This document shows, one piece after another, positions 28,800 through 38,006 of a stretch of DNA of 54,585 nucleotides. Positions within the stretch are counted from its first letter, which is position 1. Each line of letters begins with the position of its first letter. Both the position numbers and the translations under genes were made by a program. The notes under the pieces are model-generated. The model was not told the DNA's origin. It ran no database searches and saw only the letters and a program-made list of their open reading frames with translations. Location: positions 1 through 54,585 of IMG/VR virus record IMGVR_UViG_3300028384_000913; one strand, 5' to 3'. Source of the stretch: a virus (lineage: Duplodnaviria > Caudoviricetes).

Positions 28800-29200
28800 T
28801 TGATCTAAATAAATATATGGATTTTGTAAAACAAGTCACATCTGCAGAATCTAATAATACTAACCACTTAACTAGAACTCTAGTTGATCTTGATAATAAA
28901 ACTGATGTTAATTTAGCCCTATTATTAACTGGAGCTATCGGTATGGCTTCTGAAGGAGGAGAGTTTAGTGAAATTGTTAAAAAATGTATTTTTCAAGGTA
29001 AACCATTGGATGAAGATACAGTATTCCATGCTAAAAGAGAACTCGGTGATATTATGTGGTATTGGATTAATGCTTGTCGTGCTTTGGGCTTGGACCCAAA
29101 CGATGTAGTTGCTGAGAACGTAAACAAACTCAAAGCGAGATATCCTGGAGGTGAGTTTGACGTACACTACTCAGAAAATCGTAAAGAAGGAGATTTATAA
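28796..29200 (+). CDS. mazG: MazG-like all-alpha NTP pyrophosphohydrolase
   Basis: E.GEF.E.VKK, ELGD.MWY, N..KL..RYP. Confidence 0.85.
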   Translation: MIDLNKYMDFVKQVTSAESNNTNHLTRTLVDLDNKTDVNLALLLTGAIGMASEGGEFSEIVKKCIFQGKPLDEDTVFHAKRELGDIMWYWINACRALGLDPNDVVAENVNKLKARYPGGEFDVHYSENRKEGDL

Positions 29201-29439
29201 TGCAAGCTACCATGTGGAGTAAGACATCTTGTCCTTATTGTAAAATGGCTGAAGAAGAACTTACTAAAAGAGGATTTTCTTTACATATTAAATATATTGG
29301 TGAACATGGAATTACCAAACAAGATTTATTAAATGTAGTACCCGATGCTCGCACAGTTCCACAAATTTTTATTGAGGATGTTCACATAGGAGGTTATACT
29401 GAATTAATGAAGTATTTCACTTCAGAACAAAATCAATAA
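29200..29439 (+). CDS. grx: Glutaredoxin
   Basis: CPYC, TVPQIF, IGGY. Confidence 0.92.
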   Translation: MQATMWSKTSCPYCKMAEEELTKRGFSLHIKYIGEHGITKQDLLNVVPDARTVPQIFIEDVHIGGYTELMKYFTSEQNQ

Positions 29440-29450
29440 AGGAGATTTAC

Positions 29451-30152
29451 TTGCCGAACGGAAACGGTAATGGTAAACACCATCTAAAACGTGTCAGAAT
29501 TGACGACCTACTTACTTTCTCACCTATAACTAAAAACCAAGAAAAAACCTTTTCAGCATATAAAAACGGAGACCACTTACTTCTTCACGGAATTGCAGGT
29601 ACAGGTAAAACTTTTATGAGCCTGTACCTAGCCCTAGAAGAGGTGCTTGATCCTTCTAGTGTTTATGACGATGTTTTCATTGTAAGATCAGCAGTAACAA
29701 CCCGTGATATAGGCTTCCTGCCTGGTGATGAACAAGAAAAAGTATCAATATACGAAGCTCCGTACAGATCAATCTGTAGGGAGCTTTTTGGTATGAAAGA
29801 CTCTTATGATTCTCTCAAACAGCAGAACAACGTCAAGTTTATGAGTACTTCTTTTATCAGGGGGATAACAATAAATAACGCTGTCCTTATCGTGGATGAA
29901 TGTCAGAACTTGAATTTTCATGAGCTTGATAGTATAATCACAAGAGTTGGAAAAAATAGTAAAGTTATATTTTGTGGAGACTATACGCAAACTGACTTGA
30001 CTAGAGAAAATGATAGAAATGGTATACAGAAATTCATGCGAATTCTGAAAGAGATACCAAGTTTCACAACTGTTGAATTTGAGATTGATGATATCGTAAG
30101 AAGTGATTTCTTAAAAGAGTATATTATCAGAAAATATAAGCTAGGTTATTAA
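29451..30152 (+). CDS. phoH: PhoH-like ATPase
   Basis: G.AGTGKT, IGFLPG, RG.T, DECQN, GD..Q.DL, DIVRS; TTG start with AAGGAG. Confidence 0.93.
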   Translation: MPNGNGNGKHHLKRVRIDDLLTFSPITKNQEKTFSAYKNGDHLLLHGIAGTGKTFMSLYLALEEVLDPSSVYDDVFIVRSAVTTRDIGFLPGDEQEKVSIYEAPYRSICRELFGMKDSYDSLKQQNNVKFMSTSFIRGITINNAVLIVDECQNLNFHELDSIITRVGKNSKVIFCGDYTQTDLTRENDRNGIQKFMRILKEIPSFTTVEFEIDDIVRSDFLKEYIIRKYKLGY

Positions 30153-31073
30153 ATGCTAAAAACTGGACTACCTAATAATAAAGCAAAACCTTTTGGTGGT
30201 GCGTATAGCGTACACGATAAAGAACAAGTAGAATATTTAAACGAGTTAATTCAAAATTACTCTAATTACTCAACAGATATAAATTATACTAAACATTCAT
30301 TTTTTGATACTTACTTAGAATGGATGGCTAGTACTCATGATTTAGTCGGTTTTGATGAATACACTGAATGTTGCTTTACAAACGGTACTACAGAATCATT
30401 TACTAACTTTTATCTTAGGTATAAGGATACTAAGAGGCTGAGATTGATCAAAGGTGATTATTTTTATCACAAAATGACTCAAAAACTTTACTTCCAAGAA
30501 CCTGATAACTTTGCATGGTTTCATGACGATGATCTGCGTGAAGGTGACATCCTAGTTATGAGTTGTCCTTTTTCAGATTCTGGAGACCTGTACCCAGACC
30601 TTGAAAGTATCCTTATTACCTGCGATAACAAGAATATTCCAGTAATGCTTGATTTAGCTTATATTAATATAGCTAAAAATTTTTCAATTAATTTAGATCA
30701 TAAATGTATAGAATATTTAGTATCCTCTCTATCAAAAGCTTTTCCTCTAGAAACTCATAGAGTAGGAATACGTATCCAAAAAACAAAGTTTGAAGATCCT
30801 TTATATGTAGTAAATGAAGATGGTCATAATTATTTTAATCATATGAGTGTCTATTTAGGTAACTTTATGATGCAAGAATTCCCTGCTAACTATATTGTAA
30901 ACAAATATGAACAAGCACAAGAATATTGGTGTAGTAAACTTGACGTGAAGCCTTCTAAATGTGTAATATTTGGAATTGATACAAAAGGTTTATTTCAAGA
31001 ATATAGCAGAGGATTAGAAAATAATAGACTATGCTTTTCAAGGGTTTGGGATGGAAGGATGACAATTGATTAA
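30153..31073 (+). CDS. PLP-dependent fold-type I enzyme (aminotransferase/decarboxylase-like)
   Basis: NGTTESF, S.PFS..G, LD.AY, SLSK (Schiff-base Lys), RVG.R. Confidence 0.7.
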   Translation: MLKTGLPNNKAKPFGGAYSVHDKEQVEYLNELIQNYSNYSTDINYTKHSFFDTYLEWMASTHDLVGFDEYTECCFTNGTTESFTNFYLRYKDTKRLRLIKGDYFYHKMTQKLYFQEPDNFAWFHDDDLREGDILVMSCPFSDSGDLYPDLESILITCDNKNIPVMLDLAYINIAKNFSINLDHKCIEYLVSSLSKAFPLETHRVGIRIQKTKFEDPLYVVNEDGHNYFNHMSVYLGNFMMQEFPANYIVNKYEQAQEYWCSKLDVKPSKCVIFGIDTKGLFQEYSRGLENNRLCFSRVWDGRMTID

Positions 31074-31587
31074 ACAACTTAAATTGAATTTAGATTTTAA
31101 TATGTTTTTAACTGCTGATTATAGCAACAGCTATTGTTGTATAGGACACCAAAAAGAAGAAAATAAAGACATATTTAAAAAACACGGGGTTAAAACTTTA
31201 CCTGAATCCTATGTAAATGAAAATACACAAATTAGACAGGTCTGGTGGGACGATAAAGATCTCAAAAGAGAATTAGGCAAACTTGTAAATCTTGATGTAC
31301 AGACAGTAAGCTCAATCAGACAAGACCCAGGAAATATCATACCAATACACAAAGATAAGTTCTTCAAGGTATATAGTAAAAATCCTCAAGAAAAAAGAAA
31401 AATGGCAAGAGCTAACGTATTTTTAGAAGATTGGAAGTTCGGACATTTTTTACAATACGATGATGTGATAGCTCCACCATGGAAAGCAGGAGACTGTTAT
31501 CTGTGGGACGGTTACTTAGATCACTTGAGCTGTAATGCAGGGCTTGTTCCTAAGTATACCTTACAGATTAGTGGATTTATATTATGA
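31066..31587 (+). CDS. Cupin / 2OG-Fe(II) oxygenase-like protein
   Basis: PG...P.H.D (HxD), distal H...NAG, Y.LQISG. Confidence 0.65.
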   Translation: MIKQLKLNLDFNMFLTADYSNSYCCIGHQKEENKDIFKKHGVKTLPESYVNENTQIRQVWWDDKDLKRELGKLVNLDVQTVSSIRQDPGNIIPIHKDKFFKVYSKNPQEKRKMARANVFLEDWKFGHFLQYDDVIAPPWKAGDCYLWDGYLDHLSCNAGLVPKYTLQISGFIL

Positions 31588-32027
31588 CAAATAAAAATAA
31601 AGCTAAAGGTTCAGCGTATGAGCAAAAGATAGCTACACGACTAACAAAAGAATTTGATGTTGAGTTCAGAAGGGTTCCTCTTTCAGGATCTATTGATTAT
31701 TTAAAAGGAGACATTTGGACTCCTCATGATACCGCGTGGTGGCCTTATGCTATTGAGTGTAAGCATTATAAAGATATTGAATGGAACAATCTTTTAACTT
31801 CAAAAACTACAGACATGCTGCAATTCTGGAGACAAGCAGTTAGAGAGGCTGAAGTAATGAACAAGAAACCTTTACTTATATTTAGATGGAACAGATCAAA
31901 AGATTTTGTAGGATTTGATGATGATACAGAAGTAGCGTCGTACATTGAAATTAAATCTTTTGGTTGTAATTTTAAAGTTTGTCTATTAGATGATTGGCTA
32001 GAAGTAGTAAAACCAAAATTCAAATGA
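31584..32027 (+). CDS. Holliday junction resolvase-like nuclease (T5 D14-like)
   Basis: KG..YE, RVPLSG, GDI, IECK, W.Q...EA (PD-(D/E)xK). Confidence 0.85.
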   Translation: MTNKNKAKGSAYEQKIATRLTKEFDVEFRRVPLSGSIDYLKGDIWTPHDTAWWPYAIECKHYKDIEWNNLLTSKTTDMLQFWRQAVREAEVMNKKPLLIFRWNRSKDFVGFDDDTEVASYIEIKSFGCNFKVCLLDDWLEVVKPKFK

Positions 32028-33028
32028 ATATTATAGGCTACTTTAATGAAGTAAAATGGAGAGAGTTAGAAGAAAAAACTCTTAACACTACTTACATAAA
32101 GTTTTTTCGTCCTGAAGATCATGTAATCGGTTCTAAAAGTATGAAAAAATTAGAAAATATAGAATTAATAGGTGAGACTACATTACACATAATAAACAGT
32201 TCAACTGTAGGTAGAATATTTTACAAATCTTTAGAAGAAAAATTCAATGTAATATATGAAGATTTTTGCACATGGCACGGTTATGAATCTATGATGGGTT
32301 TGAAGAGAGCTAATCAATCATTCAAACCTACCAACCCTCAGAAAAACTTTTGTTCTTTGAACCACAGACCTCGTATTAAAAGATGCGCTTTTGTGGACGC
32401 ATTAGAAAAACATGATCTTATAAACGATAATTACGTAAGTTGGCAAGGTTATGAAACAAAATACCCTTTTAAATATTTTGATAATAGAAAAATTACTTTT
32501 GATAATGTTTATGAATCAGATCAGCATTTAAATAAGGTACCTTTTGATATGCACGTACCGCCAGAAGAAGCTTTTAAAAATAGTCTTTGGAGTGTTGTGT
32601 GTGAATATATGATGGACGAAGGTGAGGATAATACATACACTCTTACAGAAAAGACTATGGTTCCCATCGCACACCAAAAGCCTTTGATAATTTTTGGAAG
32701 TGAGAATATATATAAAAATTATCTAGATCTTGGCTTTGAGTTATATGATGAGGTGATTGATTATTCTTTCTCAGAAATAACTGATTTTGACAAAAGACTA
32801 GAAATGTTTATGGAACAAGTAAAAAGATTAAATATTATGGATCACGAATTATTAAAACCAAAAGCACTTAGAAACTACAATAACCTAGTTAGACTAGTAA
32901 ATGATAAAATAATGTCAAGAAATGATAAAAGGTTAAGCCAAGAGAATCTTGACGAGATAAAAACTCTATTGTCATCAAGAGAATCCAATAAAGATATCGA
33001 CCATCAAAATGTAGCAAAAAAGTTATGA
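32024..33028 (+). CDS. Glycosyltransferase-like protein (GT-B-like)
   Basis: F.SLN.RPR..R, TEKT..PI...KP....G, LGF.L.DE.IDYSF. ATG 32024 overlaps the D14 stop. Confidence 0.5.
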   Translation: MNIIGYFNEVKWRELEEKTLNTTYIKFFRPEDHVIGSKSMKKLENIELIGETTLHIINSSTVGRIFYKSLEEKFNVIYEDFCTWHGYESMMGLKRANQSFKPTNPQKNFCSLNHRPRIKRCAFVDALEKHDLINDNYVSWQGYETKYPFKYFDNRKITFDNVYESDQHLNKVPFDMHVPPEEAFKNSLWSVVCEYMMDEGEDNTYTLTEKTMVPIAHQKPLIIFGSENIYKNYLDLGFELYDEVIDYSFSEITDFDKRLEMFMEQVKRLNIMDHELLKPKALRNYNNLVRLVNDKIMSRNDKRLSQENLDEIKTLLSSRESNKDIDHQNVAKKL

Positions 33029-33642
33029 AGATTATTACTCCTTATTGTACTTCGGGTGTAAACTTACCCTATACTATCAATATTGATAAACCAAAATTCA
33101 AAATAGGAATTTTCGGTGATAGTTTTGCTCAATTAGCAGAGTTTGAGTCTATTCATACGTATTTTAACCACGAAGCCTCTTGGATTTATTTTTTGGCAAA
33201 TATGCTTAAAGCCGAATGTTCTACTTATGGTATATCAAATGCAAGTATGTCCGATATTCTAGAGACAGTCTTTACCTGTGAAGAGAAGTATGATTTTTAT
33301 ATAGTATGGGTAACGGCTCCCTTGAGACCCTCACTTTTTTCAGAAATATCTTACAATTCTAAGAATATGATTAAGCTTAAAAAGTTTTTGTCGAACAAAG
33401 AAGCAGTAATTTTATATTGGGATTTAGCACATAAAATCGTTGATTTAAATAAACCTGAACTTGTGTGTACAGAGTACCTAACTAATCAAAATTTTAATGA
33501 GATAAATACTTTTGAAAAAGCTCCAAATCCGCTTGATCAAACTGCTGGATATCACCACATGTCAGCAAGAGGAAATCTATTATTTGCTATAAGACTATGC
33601 GAGTACATCAAACTTTCATTTGCTTACAATATAAAAAATTGA
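33025..33642 (+). CDS. SGNH/GDSL hydrolase-like protein
   Basis: IFGDSF block I, SW...L, C-terminal HM...GN. Confidence 0.6.
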   Translation: MKIITPYCTSGVNLPYTINIDKPKFKIGIFGDSFAQLAEFESIHTYFNHEASWIYFLANMLKAECSTYGISNASMSDILETVFTCEEKYDFYIVWVTAPLRPSLFSEISYNSKNMIKLKKFLSNKEAVILYWDLAHKIVDLNKPELVCTEYLTNQNFNEINTFEKAPNPLDQTAGYHHMSARGNLLFAIRLCEYIKLSFAYNIKN

Positions 33643-33648
33643 TATAGT
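33620..33648 (+). promoter_or_regulatory. Sigma70-like promoter for the D15-dut-thyX operon
   Basis: TTGCTT-N17-TATAGT with TGn extension; AGGAG RBS follows. Confidence 0.8.
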
Positions 33649-33673
33649 TATATATAAATAACAGGAGATATCA

Positions 33674-34516
33674 ATGACTAAATCTTGGAACGATCTTGCA
33701 GACTTGCAAGAGCCTGACTACTCTGCATACAATAATCTACTAATTATTGACGCAAACAACCTTTCTTATCGCTGGTTACAACGACCCAATTATGGCTCAT
33801 TTGGCGCCGACTTTATCCGCACAATCCAATCACTCGCAAAGTCCTATGAAGCAGCAAGGACAATTGTATGTTTTGACTTCGGTAAATCATACTATCGCAT
33901 GGATATGCATGAAGAATACAAAGGTACACGTAAAAAACCACAAGAGGAAGAAGAAGTAAAAAAGTATGAAGAGTTTTTTGCAGTCCTCAACGACTTACCC
34001 GATCAACTTGATGAAGAAGTTTTAAAATTCAGAGGAGTTGAAGCTGATGATATTCTAGCATGGATTACTCAAAATATATCTGATAGATATGATCACACCT
34101 GGGTTGTATCTTCCGATAGAGACTTGTATCAGCTTGTTGACAAGAACGTATCTATTTTTAATATCTTTGGTAGAAAAGAAGTTACAATTGATACTTTGAG
34201 AGACGACTTTGAAGTAACTCCTTCTGAGTATATGTTATCAAGAATTATTGAAGGTGATAAATCTGATAATATTATTGGGATTGAGGGTATCGGACCTAAG
34301 CGTGCTCAAGGACTTGCAAGAGAGTACAAAACACTAGACTCTCTACTTGAAGCTTTACCAATCAAAGGCAGATCAAAATACATTACTAATCTAAACGCTG
34401 GAGCAGATACGTTAATCAGAAATGAGAAACTAATCAATCTCAAGAAGTATTGCGTAGAAGCAATTACTGCTGGTAAAAACGGAGATGAACCTCTTGAGCA
34501 GCTTAAAAACTTGTAA
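33674..34516 (+). CDS. 5'-3' flap endonuclease/exonuclease (T5 D15-like)
   Basis: IID.NN, YKG.R, EADD, SSD.D..QL, GDKSDNI.GI.GIG.KRA. Confidence 0.93.
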   Translation: MTKSWNDLADLQEPDYSAYNNLLIIDANNLSYRWLQRPNYGSFGADFIRTIQSLAKSYEAARTIVCFDFGKSYYRMDMHEEYKGTRKKPQEEEEVKKYEEFFAVLNDLPDQLDEEVLKFRGVEADDILAWITQNISDRYDHTWVVSSDRDLYQLVDKNVSIFNIFGRKEVTIDTLRDDFEVTPSEYMLSRIIEGDKSDNIIGIEGIGPKRAQGLAREYKTLDSLLEALPIKGRSKYITNLNAGADTLIRNEKLINLKKYCVEAITAGKNGDEPLEQLKNL

Positions 34517-35087
34517 AATAAATATAGAAAAAAGTTCTGTAGCGTTAGCGATAGAAAAAGACTACGGCATTGAATGGGGGTTTAATGAATCGCTCCCATT
34601 CGAGCCCTTTTTTCATTTGCGGGCATGTATTATAAAAGACATCACACTAGAACCAGGAGAGATTATACCAGTCCCGACTGGTATCTATGCTCAGTTAATG
34701 GATCCTTCATTCATCATTGAGGTTTGTACTTTTTATGACTACCTATTTGAGGAAGGTATCTCAGTGGTAGATTCTCCAATGCTTTTTGATTATACATTTA
34801 GGAATGAAATATGGGTTTTGATAAAAAATAATTTTAACAAACCTGTAATCATACCTCCGACAAAAAAACTAGCGACTTTCTCTGTTAGACAACTGCCACG
34901 AATGGAGTTAAATTACGTCGATTCGATAGACGAAGTTGCTTGGAATTTCAAAAGTTCGAAAAAATTTATTCAAGATATTAAGAAAAAAGTATATCCTGAT
35001 ATCTATGATATTAAAAAAGAAAGATTCTCTAAATTTTACTCTAGAGAAGATATAGCAACATATGTAAGGAAACACAATGGAAGTTAG
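34485..35087 (+). CDS. dUTPase-fold protein with degenerate catalytic motifs
   Basis: Scaffold LRA......L.PGE...VPTG...GI.V..SP...D..FR.EI.V...N is kept; motifs I-V are altered or absent; follows D15 like T5 dut. Confidence 0.75.
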   Translation: MNLLSSLKTCKINIEKSSVALAIEKDYGIEWGFNESLPFEPFFHLRACIIKDITLEPGEIIPVPTGIYAQLMDPSFIIEVCTFYDYLFEEGISVVDSPMLFDYTFRNEIWVLIKNNFNKPVIIPPTKKLATFSVRQLPRMELNYVDSIDEVAWNFKSSKKFIQDIKKKVYPDIYDIKKERFSKFYSREDIATYVRKHNGS

Positions 35088-35748
35088 AATTATTAGCTAC
35101 TCACAAACACCTGAAGACTTAGTAGTGGGTAATGATATACAAGAACTCATAGCCTATTGCGCTAGAGTTTCTAATCCTGATAATCAAATGTCCTCTGAAA
35201 CTTCAGAAAAACTATTAAAATATTTAATCAGGGAAAAACACTGGTCACCCTTTGAAATGGTATCAGTCTGTATGGAGATCACCACAACTCGTGATATCGC
35301 TAGACAGATTTTACGGCATCGGTCATTCTCATTCCAAGAGTTTAGCCAACGGTATGCAAATCCGTTAGAAGGGTTGAAAAGAGTAACTCGGGAAGCTAGA
35401 TTACAAGACTATAAGAATAGACAGAATAGCATTGAAACTGACGATAACGCATTACAACAGCAATGGGCTGCTCAACAAGATTTAGTATGGCTTCAAGCTG
35501 TTAAAGCTTATAACTGGGCAATAGAAATGGGTATTGCTAAAGAACAAGCTAGAGCAGTTCTGCCAGAAGGCATGACTGAATCAAGATTATATGTTAATGG
35601 TACTCTTAGATCATGGTTACACTATATTGATTTGCGTGAAAAAAATGGAACACAGAAAGAGCATATCGAGATAGCGAGAGCTTGTGCTGAGGCAGTAACT
35701 GAAATATTCCCTATGGGTAAGTCGTATTTAGCACCTCCAAAAACATGA
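35077..35748 (+). CDS. thyX: Flavin-dependent thymidylate synthase
   Basis: ARVS, HWSPFE, RHRSFSFQEFSQRY, KEQAR.VLP, TQ.EH. Confidence 0.96.
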   Translation: MEVRIISYSQTPEDLVVGNDIQELIAYCARVSNPDNQMSSETSEKLLKYLIREKHWSPFEMVSVCMEITTTRDIARQILRHRSFSFQEFSQRYANPLEGLKRVTREARLQDYKNRQNSIETDDNALQQQWAAQQDLVWLQAVKAYNWAIEMGIAKEQARAVLPEGMTESRLYVNGTLRSWLHYIDLREKNGTQKEHIEIARACAEAVTEIFPMGKSYLAPPKT

Positions 35749-36857
35749 TAGCCTTTTTAACTCAGTATTACAGAGGATTAGGACACTCTCAACGAGTAAA
35801 GTTTATAGCTGAAAAAGTAGGAGAAACCCATGACGTTATAATCATGGATCAGCTTTTTCAGCCTCCTCTAGAATACTCTGTTCCTCACGTAGCCTTCCTA
35901 AAAGATTATAAACTAAGTGACGTAAACAATATGTTCCAGTTTATAATGAGGGATGAACTTATTCACTACAGAATAAATCAATTTATTAAAGTTTTAGATA
36001 AATACAAGGTAAAAACTTTAGTATGTGAAGGATTCCCGTTTTGTAGGCATCAATTTGCTCATGAATATATTAGATATTTTGAAGAGTGTAAAAAACGTGG
36101 CATAAAGATAATTATCTCTGTAAGAGATTTTCCGTGGGACGAACCGCATGAAAATGCATTACAAGATTGGGTTCTATATACACAGAATCTCGTAATCAAG
36201 TATTACGCAGAGAAAGTTATAGTTCATGGCGATCCAAAAATATTACCACTATATACTGATAGATTTAGGCATGCTAATAGTAAACAATTAATAGACGATC
36301 TTAAAGATAAGTTAATCTATACTGGTTACGTATGTGATAAATCAGTAGGTAAGCATGAACAAAAAAATAATAACATTTACGTAAGTACTGGGCTTAATAA
36401 AGAAGAGGGAATGTTGCTTTTTAAAAATATTCTTAAAATCGCTCCTGACTTTCCAAAACATACTTTTGTTATGACAGTAGCAAACAGGTATTTAACAACT
36501 GGCGTAAAAAAGAAAGGTAATGTTCTCATGGTTGAGTACATACCTGAATTAAGAAAAAAGTTAGTTGATTGTGCAGCTTATATTACTTATGGAGGCTATA
36601 ACGCGACAGTTGAGATTTTACAAAGCGGTATCCCATCAATAATCATACCAAGACAAGATGGGCAGAAAATGGAACAATTCGTAAGGGCGTATACTTTTGA
36701 GCCTCATGGTTATTTTAAAGTAGCTGCTGGAAATGATATAAAAAATTTAGGTGAAATGCTAAAAGAAGTTATAACAGAAAAGCCTACACCTTTTGAATAC
36801 AATATGAACGGGACAGAGGAGTCTGCAAATGTCATCAAACAGATACACGATGGATGA
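35745..36857 (+). CDS. GT-B glycosyltransferase (COG4671/GT28 C-terminal-like)
   Basis: GLGH..R, E.FPF, SVRD, HGDP, YTGYV, GGYN...E, PR....EQ..RA. Confidence 0.8.
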   Translation: MIAFLTQYYRGLGHSQRVKFIAEKVGETHDVIIMDQLFQPPLEYSVPHVAFLKDYKLSDVNNMFQFIMRDELIHYRINQFIKVLDKYKVKTLVCEGFPFCRHQFAHEYIRYFEECKKRGIKIIISVRDFPWDEPHENALQDWVLYTQNLVIKYYAEKVIVHGDPKILPLYTDRFRHANSKQLIDDLKDKLIYTGYVCDKSVGKHEQKNNNIYVSTGLNKEEGMLLFKNILKIAPDFPKHTFVMTVANRYLTTGVKKKGNVLMVEYIPELRKKLVDCAAYITYGGYNATVEILQSGIPSIIIPRQDGQKMEQFVRAYTFEPHGYFKVAAGNDIKNLGEMLKEVITEKPTPFEYNMNGTEESANVIKQIHDG

Positions 36858-37383
36858 TGTCAGAAGAGATGAAGCAATCTGGAAAGAGCTAGTTGCACAA
36901 AATGAGATAACTCTGTTAAACCATTATGTACGTACAGGCAAGCTTCACAAGCCTTATGAATTAGCTGAGAAGAATGCTTGGATTATAAGAACATTAAGAG
37001 ATAAAAAGCAGAGATACAAGTTTGATAAGTGTAAAAATGTAGTAATGATAGGTAGCGGTATGTACCCATACTCTATGTTTGATTTACATAAACAATACCC
37101 GCATATTAATCAAATAGGTTTAGAAATAGATAAAAAGCGGGCTATTATAAGTCAAAAATTAGTAGAGGCATGTCCCGCTAAAGATTCAATAAAAATAATA
37201 GCCATAGACGCAATGGACTATGACTATAGTTGGTTGGGTATAGATGATTTAATATTTGTCTCAGTCGATGTAGAACACAAAGATATTGTACAAAAGGCTC
37301 TAAAAACAAGTAAGGCGCAACTTTATATTTGTGCGCCTTACGATAAGTCTTGGTTGTACAACTTAGTTAATCATCTTACTTAA
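36829..37383 (+). CDS. Nicotianamine synthase/CntL-like SAM-dependent transferase
   Basis: VVMIGSGMYPYS compared with NAS IGSGPLP.T; GLEID...A..S.KLV; D.IFV...V..K. Alternative start at 36850. Confidence 0.55.
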   Translation: MSSNRYTMDDVRRDEAIWKELVAQNEITLLNHYVRTGKLHKPYELAEKNAWIIRTLRDKKQRYKFDKCKNVVMIGSGMYPYSMFDLHKQYPHINQIGLEIDKKRAIISQKLVEACPAKDSIKIIAIDAMDYDYSWLGIDDLIFVSVDVEHKDIVQKALKTSKAQLYICAPYDKSWLYNLVNHLT

Positions 37384-37498
37384 TATTAACACCATAAATT
37401 TCTTTTAGAGATATTTTAACGTGCTTTTTCAAAGCCTTCTTCTTTTTAGGTTTTACTTTACCCATTGATCTCTTAAATGTGTCAGGTGCAATACTCAT
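37376..37498 (-). CDS. 40-aa basic peptide (not in ORF track)
   Basis: MSIAPDTFKRSMGKVKPKKKKALKKHVKISLKEIYGVNIK; ATGA overlap with the upstream gene; ends at the strand-convergence point. Confidence 0.6.
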   Translation of the reverse strand: MSIAPDTFKRSMGKVKPKKKKALKKHVKISLKEIYGVNIK

Positions 37499-37695
37499 TT
37501 TGCTTTGACTGTTTTGACAGACTGAAGCAAAGGATTTTTTACTTCTTTGACAGTACGAGATGCTTCATCACCTTTACGGTAATATTCTCTCATCTTTTTT
37601 ACCGCTTCTTCATCATATTCACGGTCGCCATAACGGTTATCACCGATAGACTGTACTGTACCTGCTCTGTCATTTGCTCCAGAAATAGATTTCAT
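37495..37695 (-). CDS. Small hypothetical protein
   Basis: AAGGAG RBS, 66 aa. Confidence 0.7.
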   Translation of the reverse strand: MKSISGANDRAGTVQSIGDNRYGDREYDEEAVKKMREYYRKGDEASRTVKEVKNPLLQSVKTVKAK

Positions 37696-37705
37696 TGTCT
37701 ACTCC

Positions 37706-37984
37706 TTAGCGCATATCTTTGATGACTTTACCACCCATGCCTTTTGTTACATCTTCTTTTGCAACAGACACGTTACCAGAAATGCCACCACGAGCACCTG
37801 GCTTGTTGTCACCTGAACGGAATCCGCCCATAGTCTTTGGGGCACCTTCATTCATATAGCCTTGACCTTTTTTCATGCCAGGGGCTGTGTATGCTGAAGC
37901 ATCACCACCAGGCTTATCCATAGGCTTGGCTGCTGAAGCGATACCGGCCATAGGATCTTTTGCTGTTTTTGAAATCATAGCCAT
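37706..37984 (-). CDS. Gly/Lys/Ala/Met-rich low-complexity protein
   Basis: AAGGAG RBS, 92 aa, looks disordered. Confidence 0.75.
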   Translation of the reverse strand: MAMISKTAKDPMAGIASAAKPMDKPGGDASAYTAPGMKKGQGYMNEGAPKTMGGFRSGDNKPGARGGISGNVSVAKEDVTKGMGGKVIKDMR

Positions 37985-38006
37985 GATTTAGTCTCCTTTT
38001 TAAGAA

